Source: the human T2T-CHM13v2.0 reference genome, Homo sapiens
DNA: 64,000 bases
NCBI RefSeq assembly: GCF_009914755.1
Contig: NC_060931.1
Reading direction: 5' to 3' (one strand)
Shown: positions 15,606-33,809 of the stretch, piece by piece
Numbering within the stretch: the stretch's first letter is position 1
Layout of the letters: every line of letters begins with the position of its first letter
Position numbers and translations under genes: made by a program
The notes under the pieces: generated by a model
Database searches by the model: none
Seen by the model: only the letters and a program-made list of their open reading frames with translations
Told to the model about the DNA's origin: nothing

Positions 15606-16314
15606 TCAATTCAAAGTTGAGAAAATGGCCACAGGGAGCTCTAAATAAGTCATTTTTTATATTCTCTGCTTTTAAGTCAAAAGAAGGAACAGAGAAGAGA
15701 TGCGTGCAGGGTGGGAGCAGAGCACACTGGGGTCAGAATGCCAAGGAGGACTTCCCCATCTGGAACCCACACACAGAGAGCAGCGGAGTGCTGATCGATG
15801 GTTACACCCCTCGGCATCTTCCTCTCTGTATTCTATACCCATTATGCGAAGATTTTGTCCACAGAACCACCTTCGTTTACTAAGCAATGCTTGCTGCGGT
15901 TTCAAAGGTGCTCAGATCCAGGGCGGTGCAGCGCTTGCCAGAGGCCGCCCTGTTCCAGGATCCGTTCCTCAGCTTCATGCTTAATTTTGTAACCATCAGT
16001 CTTCTAGGGACTTGGTGATTCAAGTGAAATAAATCAGTAAGTGATGAGGAAACTGAAATATCAATTAAGTGGTAAAGAGATGGAGGCCAGGTTAGTGAGC
16101 ACAGACTGAGAAAGGAATGATCTGATCCATGAGTGAGGCGTGGATCCAGCAGAGCCGAGCCCACCCCATCCCACCAGGACAAGTGGCAGGAACCGCAGGG
16201 AAAGCTGGAAACACAACAGCTTTCTTAGAAAAGACGTTGGCGCACTTACGTGGGGTGGTCCAGATCTCACACTCATCATCTCAGACAACATTAAGATGGT
16301 AAAAAAGCAGTCTC

Positions 16315-16587
<273 letters not shown>

Positions 16588-17822
16588 GCACCAATGTGTT
16601 ACTCCCTTCAGCACTTTCTGTGCTCCCTTTTGTGGGAGGACAGCGACACCAGCATCACTAAAGGAGCTGAATTAAATGCAGTGCTTTTGACTTTGGACTT
16701 ACATGCAGAGAGAAAGAGGAGAGTTGAGTAACATGCTCAGCCTGTCTCTCCCCAGGATGCCCATCCTCTGCTGAACCTGCCCGCAGGTTTGGGAGCCGCT
16801 GAGTGCACTGCAGAGTGAGCGTCAGCTACCACAGTCCCTTCTTGCAGGGTGTTCCTAGTTTAATCCTTATCTGTACTTGTGAAATGGAAGGTTTATGCCT
16901 TGCTAGAGAGCTTTTAGGTATAAGGCTTGTCAACTCTAAAATCACACTGCAGAGACCTGCAGTGTGCCTCTCCCCTACTGACCCACACAGGTAGGGGACA
17001 GAGTTGGAGGCCCCAAGCACAGAGCCCTGCCTAGGCAAGACACTGCCACTGCTGCTCACTGTGAAGCAACCTGGGGAACCCCCTGCTTCCACCTGTTCTG
17101 TCCCATCAGCAGGCGTAGGGGCTGCTGCCATGGTCTGGTTCTGCCCCCCATCACTCCAACTCTGTGCACTGCCTGGCGGTTGTCACCAGTCCAGGGGTCT
17201 GACCAGCGTACCCACCTCTGCCTGCTCACCTTCATAGTGCACAGCCCCATTTCTAAGATGATGCTCAGCGAGTGACCGTCTATGGGACCATTCCCAAAGG
17301 CACAGGTGCATGGGGAACCCCAAGAAATAGTGCAATAACCTGAAGCTGTTACCAGCCCTAGACCTGGGGTGAGGAACAGTTACAAAACCTGGAAGGAGAG
17401 AGTTTCAGGTAGAGCCAGTCCCCTTGGGTGGGGCAGCGACCTTCATTCGAGCAGTCCAGCCAGGTAGCGGCAGCCTCCCAGGATGAGGGAGCTACAGGAG
17501 TAACCACCTGCCTCCTCTGGGGGCTCCTCACTGGCTAAGCTCAACAGGACCCCAGAATACGGGAGCCCAGCCGATGTGTCCCACACTCAGCCTCCCTGGT
17601 GAGAAAGACAGGTGAGGCAGGGTGAAAATGGGACCTGGGGGCAAACAGGAGCTACCTGCGGCACTCTAAGACTGGGCAGATGGAAGAAAGACAGTTGGGG
17701 TTGACGCAGTATCTTCTACAATAACGCCTGAAATAACTTAAACTTTGTTTTCAGAAATTATTATTTGTAATAGCAATAAAAGGCATGAACATGTTTTCCA
17801 AAAATAACAACAGTGATATACA

Positions 17823-18037
17823 CAGGTTGAGCATCCCAAATCTGAAAACCTGAAATCTGAAATGCTCCAAAATCCAAATTTTTTTGAGCATCCATACTAC
17901 ACTCAAGGGAAAAGCTCATCAGAGCATTTCAGATTTTGGATTTTTGAATTAGGAATGCTCAACTGGTATGTATGATGCAAATACTCAAAAATCTGAAAAA
18001 ATACTAAATCTGAAACATTCCCAGTCCCGAGCATTTT
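17823..18037 (+). mobile_element. Tigger4a/MER46A-like DNA transposon (right end lost)
   Basis: 'caggttgagcatcccaaatctgaaaa..tgaaatgctccaaaatc...agcatttcagattttggattttt'. Confidence 0.8.
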
Positions 18038-18725
<688 letters not shown>

Positions 18726-19431
18726 TGACGCTGTCTCCAGCTGTGTCTTGAAGGCAGGAAAAGGGATTCCAGGCAGAGGCCTGAGCCCCTCAGATCTGAG
18801 GGTATCCTCAGGAGCTCGCAGGGGACATGGGGCAGGGGCTGGCACCCCATGGCGATGGGGGAGCAGCAGCAGGGTGGCAGGGAGGCCATGGGGTCGGTTA
18901 CGTTGGGCGCTTGGCATGTGCTCTGTACTACTTTATCCTGGAGGTGACCAGGAGCCACACAGGGGCTCACACAGGAGGCTGAAAAAATCAGGGCTGCGTG
19001 GACGCTCAGTCAGAGGAGAAAAGAGGCAGAGCAGTCAGTGGACGTCTCTGAGACCCTGCTCCCTCCATCGTGACTCTCCGTCCCATCCCTGCGTGCTCTC
19101 CTTCACCTCCGCCCCTCACCAGCTTGCTTCCCGCTCTCTCTCCCCATCTCCACTTGACCTTGTGGTGGTTCACTCCACTCCACTGCCTTTCTTTCAGAGC
19201 AAACAGCTCGCAGTGATGATCTGTGGCCCTAAGCCCACTTTGCCAGGACCGCTCCAGTTCAGCACCATGGAATGGGACTCCACCTGGGCCTTCTGAGTCC
19301 CCATCACCAGCAACCACCTGGCACTAATCACAATGGCTTTTCTGCAAACTCCTTGCCGACCACTGATCACTTGGCACTGGGCTCTCAGCCCCAGTCTCCT
19401 CACCTTTACACTGGAACAAAAGAGCCTCAAA

Positions 19432-19677
19432 GGGGCCATGTGGATCCAGAGGGAACCTCGAGAGAGGAGCCGTGTGGATCTAGAGGGAACCTCGAGAGAG
19501 GAGCCGTATGGATCCAGAGGGAACCTCGAGAGAGGAGCCGTGTGGATCCAGAGGGAACCCCGAGACAGAAGCCGTGTGGATCCAGAGGGAACCTCGAGAC
19601 AGAAGCCGTGTGGATCCAGAGGGAACCCCCAGAGAGGAGCTGTGCAGATCCAGAGAGAACCCCGAGAAAGGAGCTGT
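19432..19677. repeat. 34-bp minisatellite, 7 copies plus a partial copy (GGAGCCGTGTGGATCCAGAGGGAACCTCGAGAGA)
   Basis: Directly visible tandem units that degenerate towards the right. Confidence 0.95.
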
Positions 19678-20400
19678 TTTTTGTTCCTGCATTAGTTTGC
19701 TAAAGACAATGGCTTCCAGCTCCACCCATGTTCCTGGAAAGGGCATGATCTCATTCTTTTTTATGCCTATATAGTATTCCATGGTGTATATGTACCACAT
19801 TTTCTTTATCCAATCCACCACTGATGGGCATTTAGTTTGATTCCATGTCTTTGCTATTGTGAATAGTGCTGCAATGGACATACACATGCATGTGCCTTTA
19901 TGGTAGAACAATTTATATTCCTTTGGGTATCCACCCGGTAATGGGATTGCTAGGTCAAATGGCAGGATTAAAGACTTAAATGTAAAATTGAAAATTATAA
20001 TAACCTGGAAGATGACCTAGGAAATACCATTCTGGACATACAAATGGGCACAGATTTCGTGATGAAGATGCCAAAAGCAATTGCAACAAAGGCAAAAATT
20101 GACAAGTGGGATCTAAGTAAACTTAAGAGCTTCTGCACGGCAAAATAAACTATCAACAGAGTGAAGAGACAACCTACAGAATGGGAGAAAATATTTACAA
20201 AGGATGCATCCAACAAAGGTCCAATATCCAGGATCAATAAGGAACTTAAACAAATTGACAAGAAAAAATCAAACAACCCAATTAAAAAGTGGGCAAAGGA
20301 CATGAATGGACATTTTTCAAAAGAAGACATACACATGGCTAACAAGAATATGAAAAAAAGCTCAACACTACTGCTCATTAGAGAAATGCAAATCAAAACC
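19678..20400. mobile_element. Primate L1 (old L1PA/L1PB-like) fragment with an internal inversion
   Basis: 19678-19962 is antisense ORF2 C-terminus. 19963-20400 is sense ORF2 ([11 protein letters not shown]...[11 protein letters not shown]). Confidence 0.88.
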
Positions 20401-20950
20401 CTTGATTCTCTAATGATGTTGCTGCACCTTCAACACCACTGGGAACTCTGCCTGCTGCAAGCCAAATGCCCTGGTCTACCATTTGCACACCGGCAGTATA
20501 AACACAAAGCATGATTAGAGCCTCTGTGTACAGAAGAGAGTAACTGCTCACCCACACCAGCTCCTGTAGTTGTGGGGCCCTGACTTAGTCAATTACTGAC
20601 GTCCTCCTTGGCAAGCAAATTTTGCCACTGGTCAGAGGGTTCATTTTAACAGTGCTGTGGGTGGTGGGGGCGTGAAGCAAAGGCGGAATGCATGTGTGCC
20701 TTGGAGGGTGCAGTGGCTTCTCCTCAGGGTGGGCTTTTGGAGCTGCTGTCCAGCTACCACCAGAGAGAGGCTCTGCTTGGCCAGGCAGGCAACGAGGGCG
20801 GGAGGAAGCAGGTGCACATGCATGCACACATGCACATATGCACACAGGCACACACACACATGCACACACACTCATACACCTGATACCAAGTTAAACCCCT
20901 CTCTCTTTTATCACGACCACTGACTATTATATTTTAAAACACATATTCAA

Positions 20951-21144
20951 GGGAAAATAGTGGATAGGAAGCAGGACTGGAATGCAGCTCCCACTCAGAC
21001 GGACAGAGCAGCGTGTGGCAACTTGCATCATGAACCTGTCTTCCAGAACTACTGCAGGAATAGGCCAGGAAAGCTGAGAGAATCCACAGACCCTTGAAGA
21101 AGGCAGATTGCTTCTGCAGGACCCAGGAGACACACCAAACACTG
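20951..21144 (+). mobile_element. Isolated L1 5'UTR start (L1PA15-16/L1PREC2-like)
   Basis: 'gggaaaatagtggataggaagcaggact..gcagctcccactcagacggacagagcagcgtgtgg...gagagaatccacagaccc' resembles the recalled 5'-end consensus. Confidence 0.65.
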
Positions 21145-21521
21145 CCCCGTGGCAGGCTGGTCCCCGCCCTGCAGGAGTGTTTGGACTGTGCAGTGTGATA
21201 AGCACTGTGGGTGAAGTACTGCAAAGTGCTAAAGGAACATACACAGGAGGAGCCAGAGGAGCCTTCACGGCCAAGGGGATGTGAGCTGGATCCTGAAAGA
21301 AGAAGTGTTTGAGAGAGAAGAGAAGAAGAAACATTCTAGGAAGACGTAATAGCATATACAAAGACAGAGGTCCCAAAGAACATGGCATGTTTGAAAAATG
21401 ATGTAGCCGTATCTTAGCCTGAAACAGCTGGAGTCTAGCACTCATGGGATATGGCTGGAGATGCGACAGGAAAGTTACTCAGGACCAGATCGCCAAGGGC
21501 CTTTAGAAACGCACACTACTA

Positions 21522-21872
21522 GGCCGGGCGCGGGGGCTCACGCCTCAAATCCCAGCACTTTGGGAGGCCGAGGTTGGCAGATCGCCTGAGGTCAAGAGTA
21601 CAAGACCAGCCTGACCAACATGGAGAAACCCTGTCTCTACTAAAAGAATACAAAATTAGCCGGGCTTGGTGGTGGGTGCCTGTAATCCAAGCTATTTGGG
21701 GAGGCTGAGGTAGGAGAATCACTTGAACCTGGAGGCGGAGGTTGCAGTGAGCCAAGATCACGCTGTTGCACTCCAGTCTGGCAACAAGAGCAAGGGAAGG
21801 AGCGAGGGAAGGAGGGAGGGAGGGAGGGAGGGAAAGAGGGAGGGGGGGAGGGAGGGAGGGAGAGAGGGAGGG
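21522..21872 (+). mobile_element. AluS with its tail replaced by a (GGGA/GGAA)n purine tract
   Basis: Alu dimer to about 21792, then a G/A-rich repeat. Confidence 0.9.
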
Positions 21873-22591
21873 CACATTGCTTCGTGTAGCACCAAGGCGT
21901 CACTAGACCCGGGATTCACCTGCAAATAATCCGAGTGTGGGGAAGTGGGTGAGGGTGTTGATGAAACAAGGCTGTCTCAGGAATTGATGCGTTGAAGGTG
22001 GATGGTGGCTATTTGGAATGCATTGAACCATTCTCTCTACCATTTCATATGTTTGGAAATTTTCATAATACAATTTTGAAACAAAAAATATCATCATCTT
22101 ATGCAAGGACATTCTTTGATGTTACATAATATTAGAATACTTTTATTATTGTTGTTAATAGCATTGTTGAGTTTTTTTAAAATAATCATGTTAACAGAAA
22201 AAAAACCCCATATTCATTAATCACAGGTCATAGTAACAGATTCAAAACTTGTCTTAAAGACTAAGTGTATAAGAATGAAATGCATTTTAAAACAAAATTT
22301 ACACTGTCCCAAACTTCACTTAAAAACTCCCCAAACCGAAAAAAACCCTGACTCCTTATTCACAATTTTAACTTAATATGCTGAATTTCATTATAATTCC
22401 ACAAAAAATTATCAGTGTTAAAATGTATCTTTTATACTTTATTCTGCATTTAGAAATACAAGTTTACTATATTTATATAGTGTTTTCTCTTTTTAGAAAA
22501 CTGTTAAAAAATATCTGAGTAAGAAATAAGCAAAGAAGAGGAATGTGACAGTCAAAAGTATATGGAAGAGAAAAAATTAAACTCATAAGTT

Positions 22592-23391
<800 letters not shown>

Positions 23392-23893
23392 TTAAACATA
23401 ATTTTACAGGATTTACAATTATAAGGTGGCAGAATAAATGAAGTCTGTTACTTTTTTTCCCCTTTCCATGCTTTTTGCATTTGGTTTTGTGTGTGGGGGC
23501 AAATGTGTACACGGGCGAGAAAATGCACACACTCTTCTAAATAAGGGGGCAGTAAAAGAGTTATTAGGAAAGAAGAAAAAGCACAGGCAGGATCAAGGCA
23601 GAGTTTGCCCAATTAGTTCAAAGTGAGTTGCAATCGATGCCTAAGGAAAGTCACGGACAAAGCAATGACCTTGAAATTGTATGTGGCTCCTGTCAGAATT
23701 TTAAAATGGTTTTGCATAGAATTCTAGGAACTATTAATACATAATTAAAGCATCTACCACAGCCAATGATTCCTTTCTCAGGGAAGAAAACCCAGTGATG
23801 AAGCTGGAGAACGGTGATGGCCAAGGAGAGCTCACAGGGATGAAGCAGCAAGCACCAGCCAGGCCAGAAGAGTGAGACCCACCTTGGCAGGTA

Positions 23894-24673
<780 letters not shown>

Positions 24674-24699
24674 TTATACAGCTGCTGCCCCCGCTGGCT

Positions 24700-26600
<1,901 letters not shown>

Positions 26601-27499
26601 TACCTTTGTAGTTGATTTCACTGATCTATGTCATTTCAGTAGACTTTAGGAGGGAAGAGAGGTAAGTGAATATATTCAGCAAACCGCTGAGTCACAAGAG
26701 TGGCAGAGCAATTTGGTGAATTCATTCTGATGAATTCAAGATGGGCACTTCATCCAAGTCCCCGCAAGTGTCCTGAAGTTTGAGACTCTGACAAAAGGCT
26801 ATCCTAACTCACAATGAAACACTGGAGTTTCGCAGAGATTACACATACATCCATAAATGTGTGCACCTCTTTGGGGTTTTGCAATATAATGGATCTTTCT
26901 GCTGTGCGTCCTCTGACAGTTTCTACTATGGCGTGCCATTGTTTTTACACTGTGTGACAGCACTGACAAGAATTACTACTGCAAATCAAAACACAAAAAA
27001 ACCATTGGCAGAGCCATTACAGTAAGTCACCAATAGAAGATGTCAGGTAGCAAGCCAGTGTTCACCAATGGGGACTACTCAAGGTACTCCCAGTTCAAAT
27101 GGGAGGCAATGGAGAAGACAGAAGCATCTAGACCAACCCTAGGTCAGAATTGTTACTGCCTTTCTTGTGAGCTTGAACAAATTGATACCCTTGAGCCTGA
27201 ATTTCTTCATTTGTAAAATGGTGACACACCATCTTTCCTGAGAGCATTTCTCAGGAACAGGGATAAGCACAAACATCCAATCGCAAAAGCTGCCAACTAT
27301 ATGTGGCATACATACCTGTGTCCACATGGGGCAAAGTCTGACAGTGCAGAAGAACAGAATCGCTGGAATCACTTTAAATTTTTGCTCGGTTTCTTCTTGT
27401 CTTCCTAGTCATCATCGCAGTTACTGCTGATGGAGACTGTACTACATCCCAGGCCCTCTAATGCAGCGGTCCCCATACTACATCCCAGGCCCTCTAATG

Positions 27500-28147
<648 letters not shown>

Positions 28148-28693
28148 CTCTAGTGGATATCATGCCCATGTTATTTAATCCACATATAATCCTCCTGGCT
28201 AGGTACTATTATTATTTCCAAGTTACATATGAAGAAACCAAAGCTTTAAGAAACTTACTAAAGTTCTCACAGTTATTAAGTAGAAGAAATGAGACTCTAA
28301 GGTGAATCTGACTCATGCTCTTAATTGCTATGGCTCTAATTACACATGCATTAAAAAAAGGGGGGTTACATCGTATGTATGTATAAGCTTCAAAGCTAGA
28401 GAAGTCAACGTGAAGACTGAGAGCCAAGGAAAGAGGGTAAATAAGCGTCTTACAATGCGCATGTGTGTACTGGGGAGGAGGTCTTGACGGAACAATGAAA
28501 CATTCCACTTCCAAGAAAATGTGGAAAATGATTCATAAAATAACAACTTATTGCTAGCAACTTCCTGTCAGTTACAAATGACCAAAGTACAACCTAAAAT
28601 AAAATGAATCAGTTAGCATGATGTTCAGAAACCTCATTGATGTTATATAAATTCAGATACATGGGAAACAGCTCCAAGTGGGACAGAAGGCAG

Positions 28694-29002
28694 CGTGTGT
28701 GTGTGTGTGTGTGTGTGTGTACATATATATATATATTTTTTTTCAGATAAGGTCTTGCTCTGTTGCCCCAGCTAGAATGCAGTGATGCCCTCATGGTTCA
28801 GCACAGCCTCAACCTCCTGGACTCAGGAGGCATGGGACTCACCTCCCATGTCTGGCTAATTTTCTGTATTATTTATTTATTTTTATAGAGAGAGGGTTTC
28901 GCCATGTTGCCCAGGCCGATCTCGAACTCCTGGACTCAAATGATCCATCCACCTTGGCCTCCCAAAGTGCTGGGATTACGGGGTGAGCCACAGCACCCGG
29001 CC
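28694..29002 (-). mobile_element. AluJ with a (GT)n(AT)n microsatellite at its tail
   Basis: (GT)n then (AT)n at 28694-28736, followed by a reverse Alu. Confidence 0.85.
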
Positions 29003-29514
29003 GTGGCAGCATATTAAACAGATTAAAAAGTGACTAAAATTTAGCCAAAAGGTTCCCAGACTAGTTCCCTTCCCCCAAAATCGCTCTTCCCTTTTCATAT
29101 CAGAGATGAACCTGGCTCTGTTCCCCCTAACCTTAGCACAAGTGTAATCACGGCCATGAAAGGAAGGTGTCAAGGCGATTTCCTCGGATGCCAGATTCCG
29201 CAGGCGAGCCATCCCACTCTACCCACTTGCTACTGCCTTCAGTTATTCAACTGCAAACGTCACAAGCCCTGATGTCACCCACCGTCGGGTGGAGAAGCCT
29301 TTCACACCTCCAGGGTTCACTCAGTCATTTCACTTCCTCCGTTGCTCCGCCCTCACTGCTCTTTGATTAGCGCACCATCAACATGGCAAATGCAATTCCT
29401 CTCATTTCTCCAATGCCTCAAATAGAAATGCCTTATGTCTTTGTAAGAAATAACATTGACCACCTGAAGTATGGCAAGCCTAGGTGCCACAGTAAAAGCA
29501 TAAGCTCCAAAATA

Positions 29515-30200
29515 CATACGTTCATTTGTGTGACAAATGTTTACTGAAAACCAAGTTTCACTCATCCCAGTGGCCTCAAGACCTGGCAAATATTAAGATT
29601 TCAGTCTCCATCCTCACAGAGCTTACAATGTAATGGCAAATAAATGGGAGGGGCTACTGGGAAACACAAAGAAGTGCGTCCCCCTAACAGCACCTATCAA
29701 TTGTGAGGGATCATGAGATAGCATGGGAAGTCCTCATCGGGGCTTCTGGGAAGGCTTCCCTGAGGAAGCGACATCTAACCTGAGACTTGGAGAAAACGAG
29801 CAGGTGGCCAAAGGAGAGGAAGGAATGATTCAAGGAGCAGGAGCTGTCTGTGTAAAGTCTGGCAGGCCTGGAGGAGCAAGGCAGTTTGAGGAAGCTGATG
29901 AAGGCCAGAGTAGCTGGAGGGAAATGCAGGGAGGAAAGAGGCACCAGGTGAGGCTGGGGAGGGAGGAGAAGGGGGCAAGGAGGGCGTGCCGGGAAGTGCG
30001 GACTCCTACAGGCAAAGGAAAAGTACCGGAGGCTTTAGAAATGAAAGCGATGGGATTAGAAATATGTTTGAAGGAAATATCTCCAACAGCAGCATGGCAA
30101 ATTAATTGGAGGGGGCAGAGCAGGTGCTGGGAGAGCTTGGCTGCTGGAACGGTCCATAGGAAGATGACACTGGCCGGGAGTGAGGGAGAGAGGTGAACAA
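29515..30200 (-). mobile_element. L2 fragment
   Basis: 'ttcattt..acaaatgtttactga...gggaaggcttccctgaggaagcgacatctaacctgagacttgga' is a typical L2 3' region. Confidence 0.7.
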
Positions 30201-31896
30201 GCCGGAAGCAGCAGCAAGGAGCTGTTCTCTTGGACCTGGAGTCAAGCAGCTTTCCTGTTAAAACAGCTGGGAGGATGCGGGCATTTATGGAATCAGGCTG
30301 GTTAAAAAGAAAGAAAACAAACCGAAGAAGGAAGGGGAAGGAAGGAGATGGGCACAGAGAGATCAGTGTCAGGGGAATCTGAGCCGTGGAGGAGGGCACG
30401 ACCTCCAGGCTGAAGGCACAGGATGAGATGTAGGCCTCAGACAGGGCAGCGAGAAGCCCATATCCAGTGCTCCAGGAGGGAGGGGAATCGTATGGGATGT
30501 GAGTTATATCACAGGGGTCCGAAGCATGGGTAAGGACTCAGCACAGCTGGCTGTGGGGTTGGAGCTGAACAGCTGTAGGGCCAAGAGGCCATTCTTCAAC
30601 ACATCCACCAGGAAGCAGAGAAAGTTCTGAGATGGGAGGTCACATGGCCCTAGAGCAATGGCCAGAGGTGCTCAATGCCCTGGGCCCTGATGACTTTCCA
30701 GCTGGTTCCAGTTACTTGCGAAGACTGGTGACGAGTCCCACTTACCAATACCCCCGAATCCTCCCAGCATTGTCCTCTGCTTAAACTAGTCAGGGATCTT
30801 CCGGTGACAAAACCTCTATCTACTCCAAGACAACAACCCTACCTCACCAAGTCGGAGACACCACCAAATGTGAAGTCACGTCCTGACTTCAGAGATACTG
30901 AAATGTGTACCTAGACCCTACAGAATAGGGCAATATGTTACATATGGCGCCAGCTCCAGAGGAACAACTTTAATTACAGGGATTTCATACAATTGTAACT
31001 ACTCATAATCCAGAAACAATAAGTCTCTTATCTACGAGGAGTGTGTGAACTCAGCAGGGAAGGGTAGAGTTTGGAAAGCAGATAATCACCCGAGCCTTCT
31101 CGTGCCCTAAGTAATGATCGACAAGTACCAGACTGTGCCCACACACCTGCCACTTTGATATCTCCACCAGCAGAGGTCAGTGCCCCGCAGTAGAGTCAAG
31201 AAACCTGCAAGTTGACGCTTGGCTGTGAGAGTCAAGGGACAAGGGAATAATTCAATAGATGACCACAAATACACAGGGAGGCAATTCTCCCTTAAGCAAG
31301 TTCCAGCAGCTTCTAAGCCTTCTTTTCATTATACTCCCCTCCCTGAGTCTTTTTTATACATTCTCCCCCAACTGTCCTACCCCCACGACATTTTAATAGC
31401 ACAGATATACTGTGTATTTGTTCATGTGCCGTGGCCCTTTGGGTGGCCAAAATCCACTGTAACAGCTGCAATTTTTTTGTCTCCCAACAAGAACCGATCT
31501 TCACTTACTCAGGGTGTTACTCACTCCAGTTGAGAATGAATGAGTTTTGAGTGAACACACATTTTTGTTTTGTTTATTTGTAAAGAGTGATTATTGGTTG
31601 CTTTGGGGTCTGATTTTTAAGCGAGAGAGAAAAAGCAAAAGATCACCAAGTGCCGGCCCCCTGGTTTTATAGAGAAAACTCTTAACGACAGCAATAACAA
31701 CAAAACAAAGCCCGGAGAGGCCTCACGGGTTGTCCAAGGAAATACAGGCCCTTCATCACAGATCTGGGCCTGAATCCCGAGATGCCTCACTGAAAGACAA
31801 TGCTTTCTTTCCCTCCTACGAAAAGTGGCCCCTACTTTTACCTATTTTGATCACTGTAGGTGAGGCTGACCAGTTTTGCTAGAAACAAGCAAGATT

Positions 31897-33250
31897 GGCT
31901 GGGTGCAGTGGCTCACACCTATAATCCCAGCACTTTGGGAGGCCGAGGCAGGCAGATCGCTTGAGGCCAGGAGTTCGAGACCAGCCTGGGCACCATGGTG
32001 AAACCCCATCTCTACTAAAAATACAAAAATTAGCCAGGCATGGTGGTGCATGCCTGTAATCCTAGCTACTCAGGAGGCTGAGGCATGAGAATTACTTGAG
32101 CCTGGGAGGCAGAGGTTGCCGTGAACCGAGATTGTACCACTGCACTCCAGCCTGGGCAACAGAGCGAGACAAAAATAAAAAGAGAGAAAAATAAAGCAAG
32201 ATTGAGGCACGTTCTGGAAAGAAGATTCTATTTCGTTGTTGTCATTTTGTTTTTGTTTTTTGGAGACATGAAATTACTCCAGGCTGAAGTACAGTGGTGC
32301 AACCACATGCGCTCAGGTGATCCTCCCACCTCAGCCTCCCAAGTAGCCGGAACCACAGGCGTGCACCACCATGCCTAGCTAATTTTTAAAATTTTTTATA
32401 AAGACGGGGTCTCACCATGTTTCCCAGGCTGGTCTTGAACTCCTGGCCTTAAGCAATCTTCCTGCCTCTGCCTCCCAAAGTGCTGGGATTACAATGGTGA
32501 GCCGCCACGCCCGGCCTGGATTCTACTTTGGAAAATCTTTGCAAGTGAAGAAGAATAGGACAGAATGGCTGAACTGGGATGAAATAAGCGGCAAATGAGG
32601 AGGAAGAGGAGAGACAGTCAGTCTGGCAAGACACTCTCTGCTAAGAAGCGGGTAAAATCACCACAGCAAGTTATCAAAAACTTGAAAGAGCCCAGCTCCT
32701 CCGGCAGCTGGGAGAGAATGCGGACCGCTCTAAAGAGGCTGCAGACTTCATGAAGTGGTACCAGAGTAGAGCAGGTTTATTAATCACGGATAAAACTGCT
32801 GAATAATTACCTACTTCAAAAAGCATTCATGAGTTGTGTTTAGGTGCTTACAAAGTACTTTGTGCTTGGTCCTGGCCAGTAAGTTAGTTCAAGGCAGTTA
32901 ATATAGATAAACACAAACACAGCAAAGACGTGGTCGGTGTAACAATTACAAATGTAAAAAGCAAACACAGAAAGGGATTGCTGGCTGGGCACCGTGGTTC
33001 ATGCCTGTAGGTCCCAGTAGTTAGGGAGACTGCAGCCGGCAGATCACTTGAGCCCAGGAGTTTGAGACCAGCTTGGCCATCATAGTGAAACCCCATCTCT
33101 ACTAAAGTACAAAAATTAGCCAGGCATGGTGGCATGCGCCTGTAGTCCCAGCTACTTGGGAGGCGGAAGCACCACTTGAGCCCAGGAGGTTGAGGCTGCA
33201 GTGAGCTGAGATCGCATCACTGTACTTCACCCCAGGTAAGAGTGAGACCC
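31897..33250. mobile_element. Alu cluster: + 31897-32180, - 32245-32516, + 32982-33250
   Basis: Alu consensus in both orientations. Confidence 0.88.
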
Positions 33251-33592
33251 TGAGGGAGGGAGGGAGGGAAAAATTGCTATGGGCAAGGCTTCTCATACAC
33301 AAAATCATTTCCTCCCCCAATATGCCCACAAAGTAACTACAAACACTTAATGAAATCATTGAGATCCAAAGCACTGCTGAGAACTTGCTATGTGCCAGCT
33401 GTGGTAGCAGGCACGGGGGAGAGAAAGGTGAATGCCAGAGAAGTACAGAGGGTATTCAGAGAAGGCCTCGGAGACCAGATGAGACTTGAGCTGAGCCTTG
33501 AAGTCTTACTAAGATCGGTGTGGCATGGAAAGCATGCAGCCCTCATCACGTGCCACCCCCTAAGGCACAGGCACAGTGAGGGAGACACAGAG

Positions 33593-33809
33593 CAGGGGGC
33601 TGGCACACTATGCCTGAGGGCCAAATCTGGGTTTTGGTAAAGAAGTTTTACTGGAGCCGAGCCCCGCCCCTTGGATTGTGTTAGCTGCTTTCTGCTTTCT
33701 TGCTACAAGGGCAAATTGAGTGGTTGTGACAGAAACTGAGACCATAACACCCGCAAAGGCTAAAATATTTACTATCTGACCCTTTACAGAAAAAGTTGGC
33801 CGGCCCATG
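33593..33809 (+). mobile_element. MER58A hAT-Charlie MITE
   Basis: 'caggggg..ggcacactatg..gggccaaatc...aaaatatttactatctgaccctttacagaaaaagttggccggccc'. Confidence 0.82.

Noticed and set aside
19272-19911. ORFs with repeated WIQREPR/DPEGTS motifs; BamHI/XhoI sites suggesting a synthetic polylinker
   Set aside because: They derive from a naturally diverged 34-bp minisatellite plus L1, and no vector sequence is present.
20161-20514. L1 ORF2-like peptide ([11 protein letters not shown]...)
   Set aside because: A short fragment of a dead, rearranged L1, not a gene.
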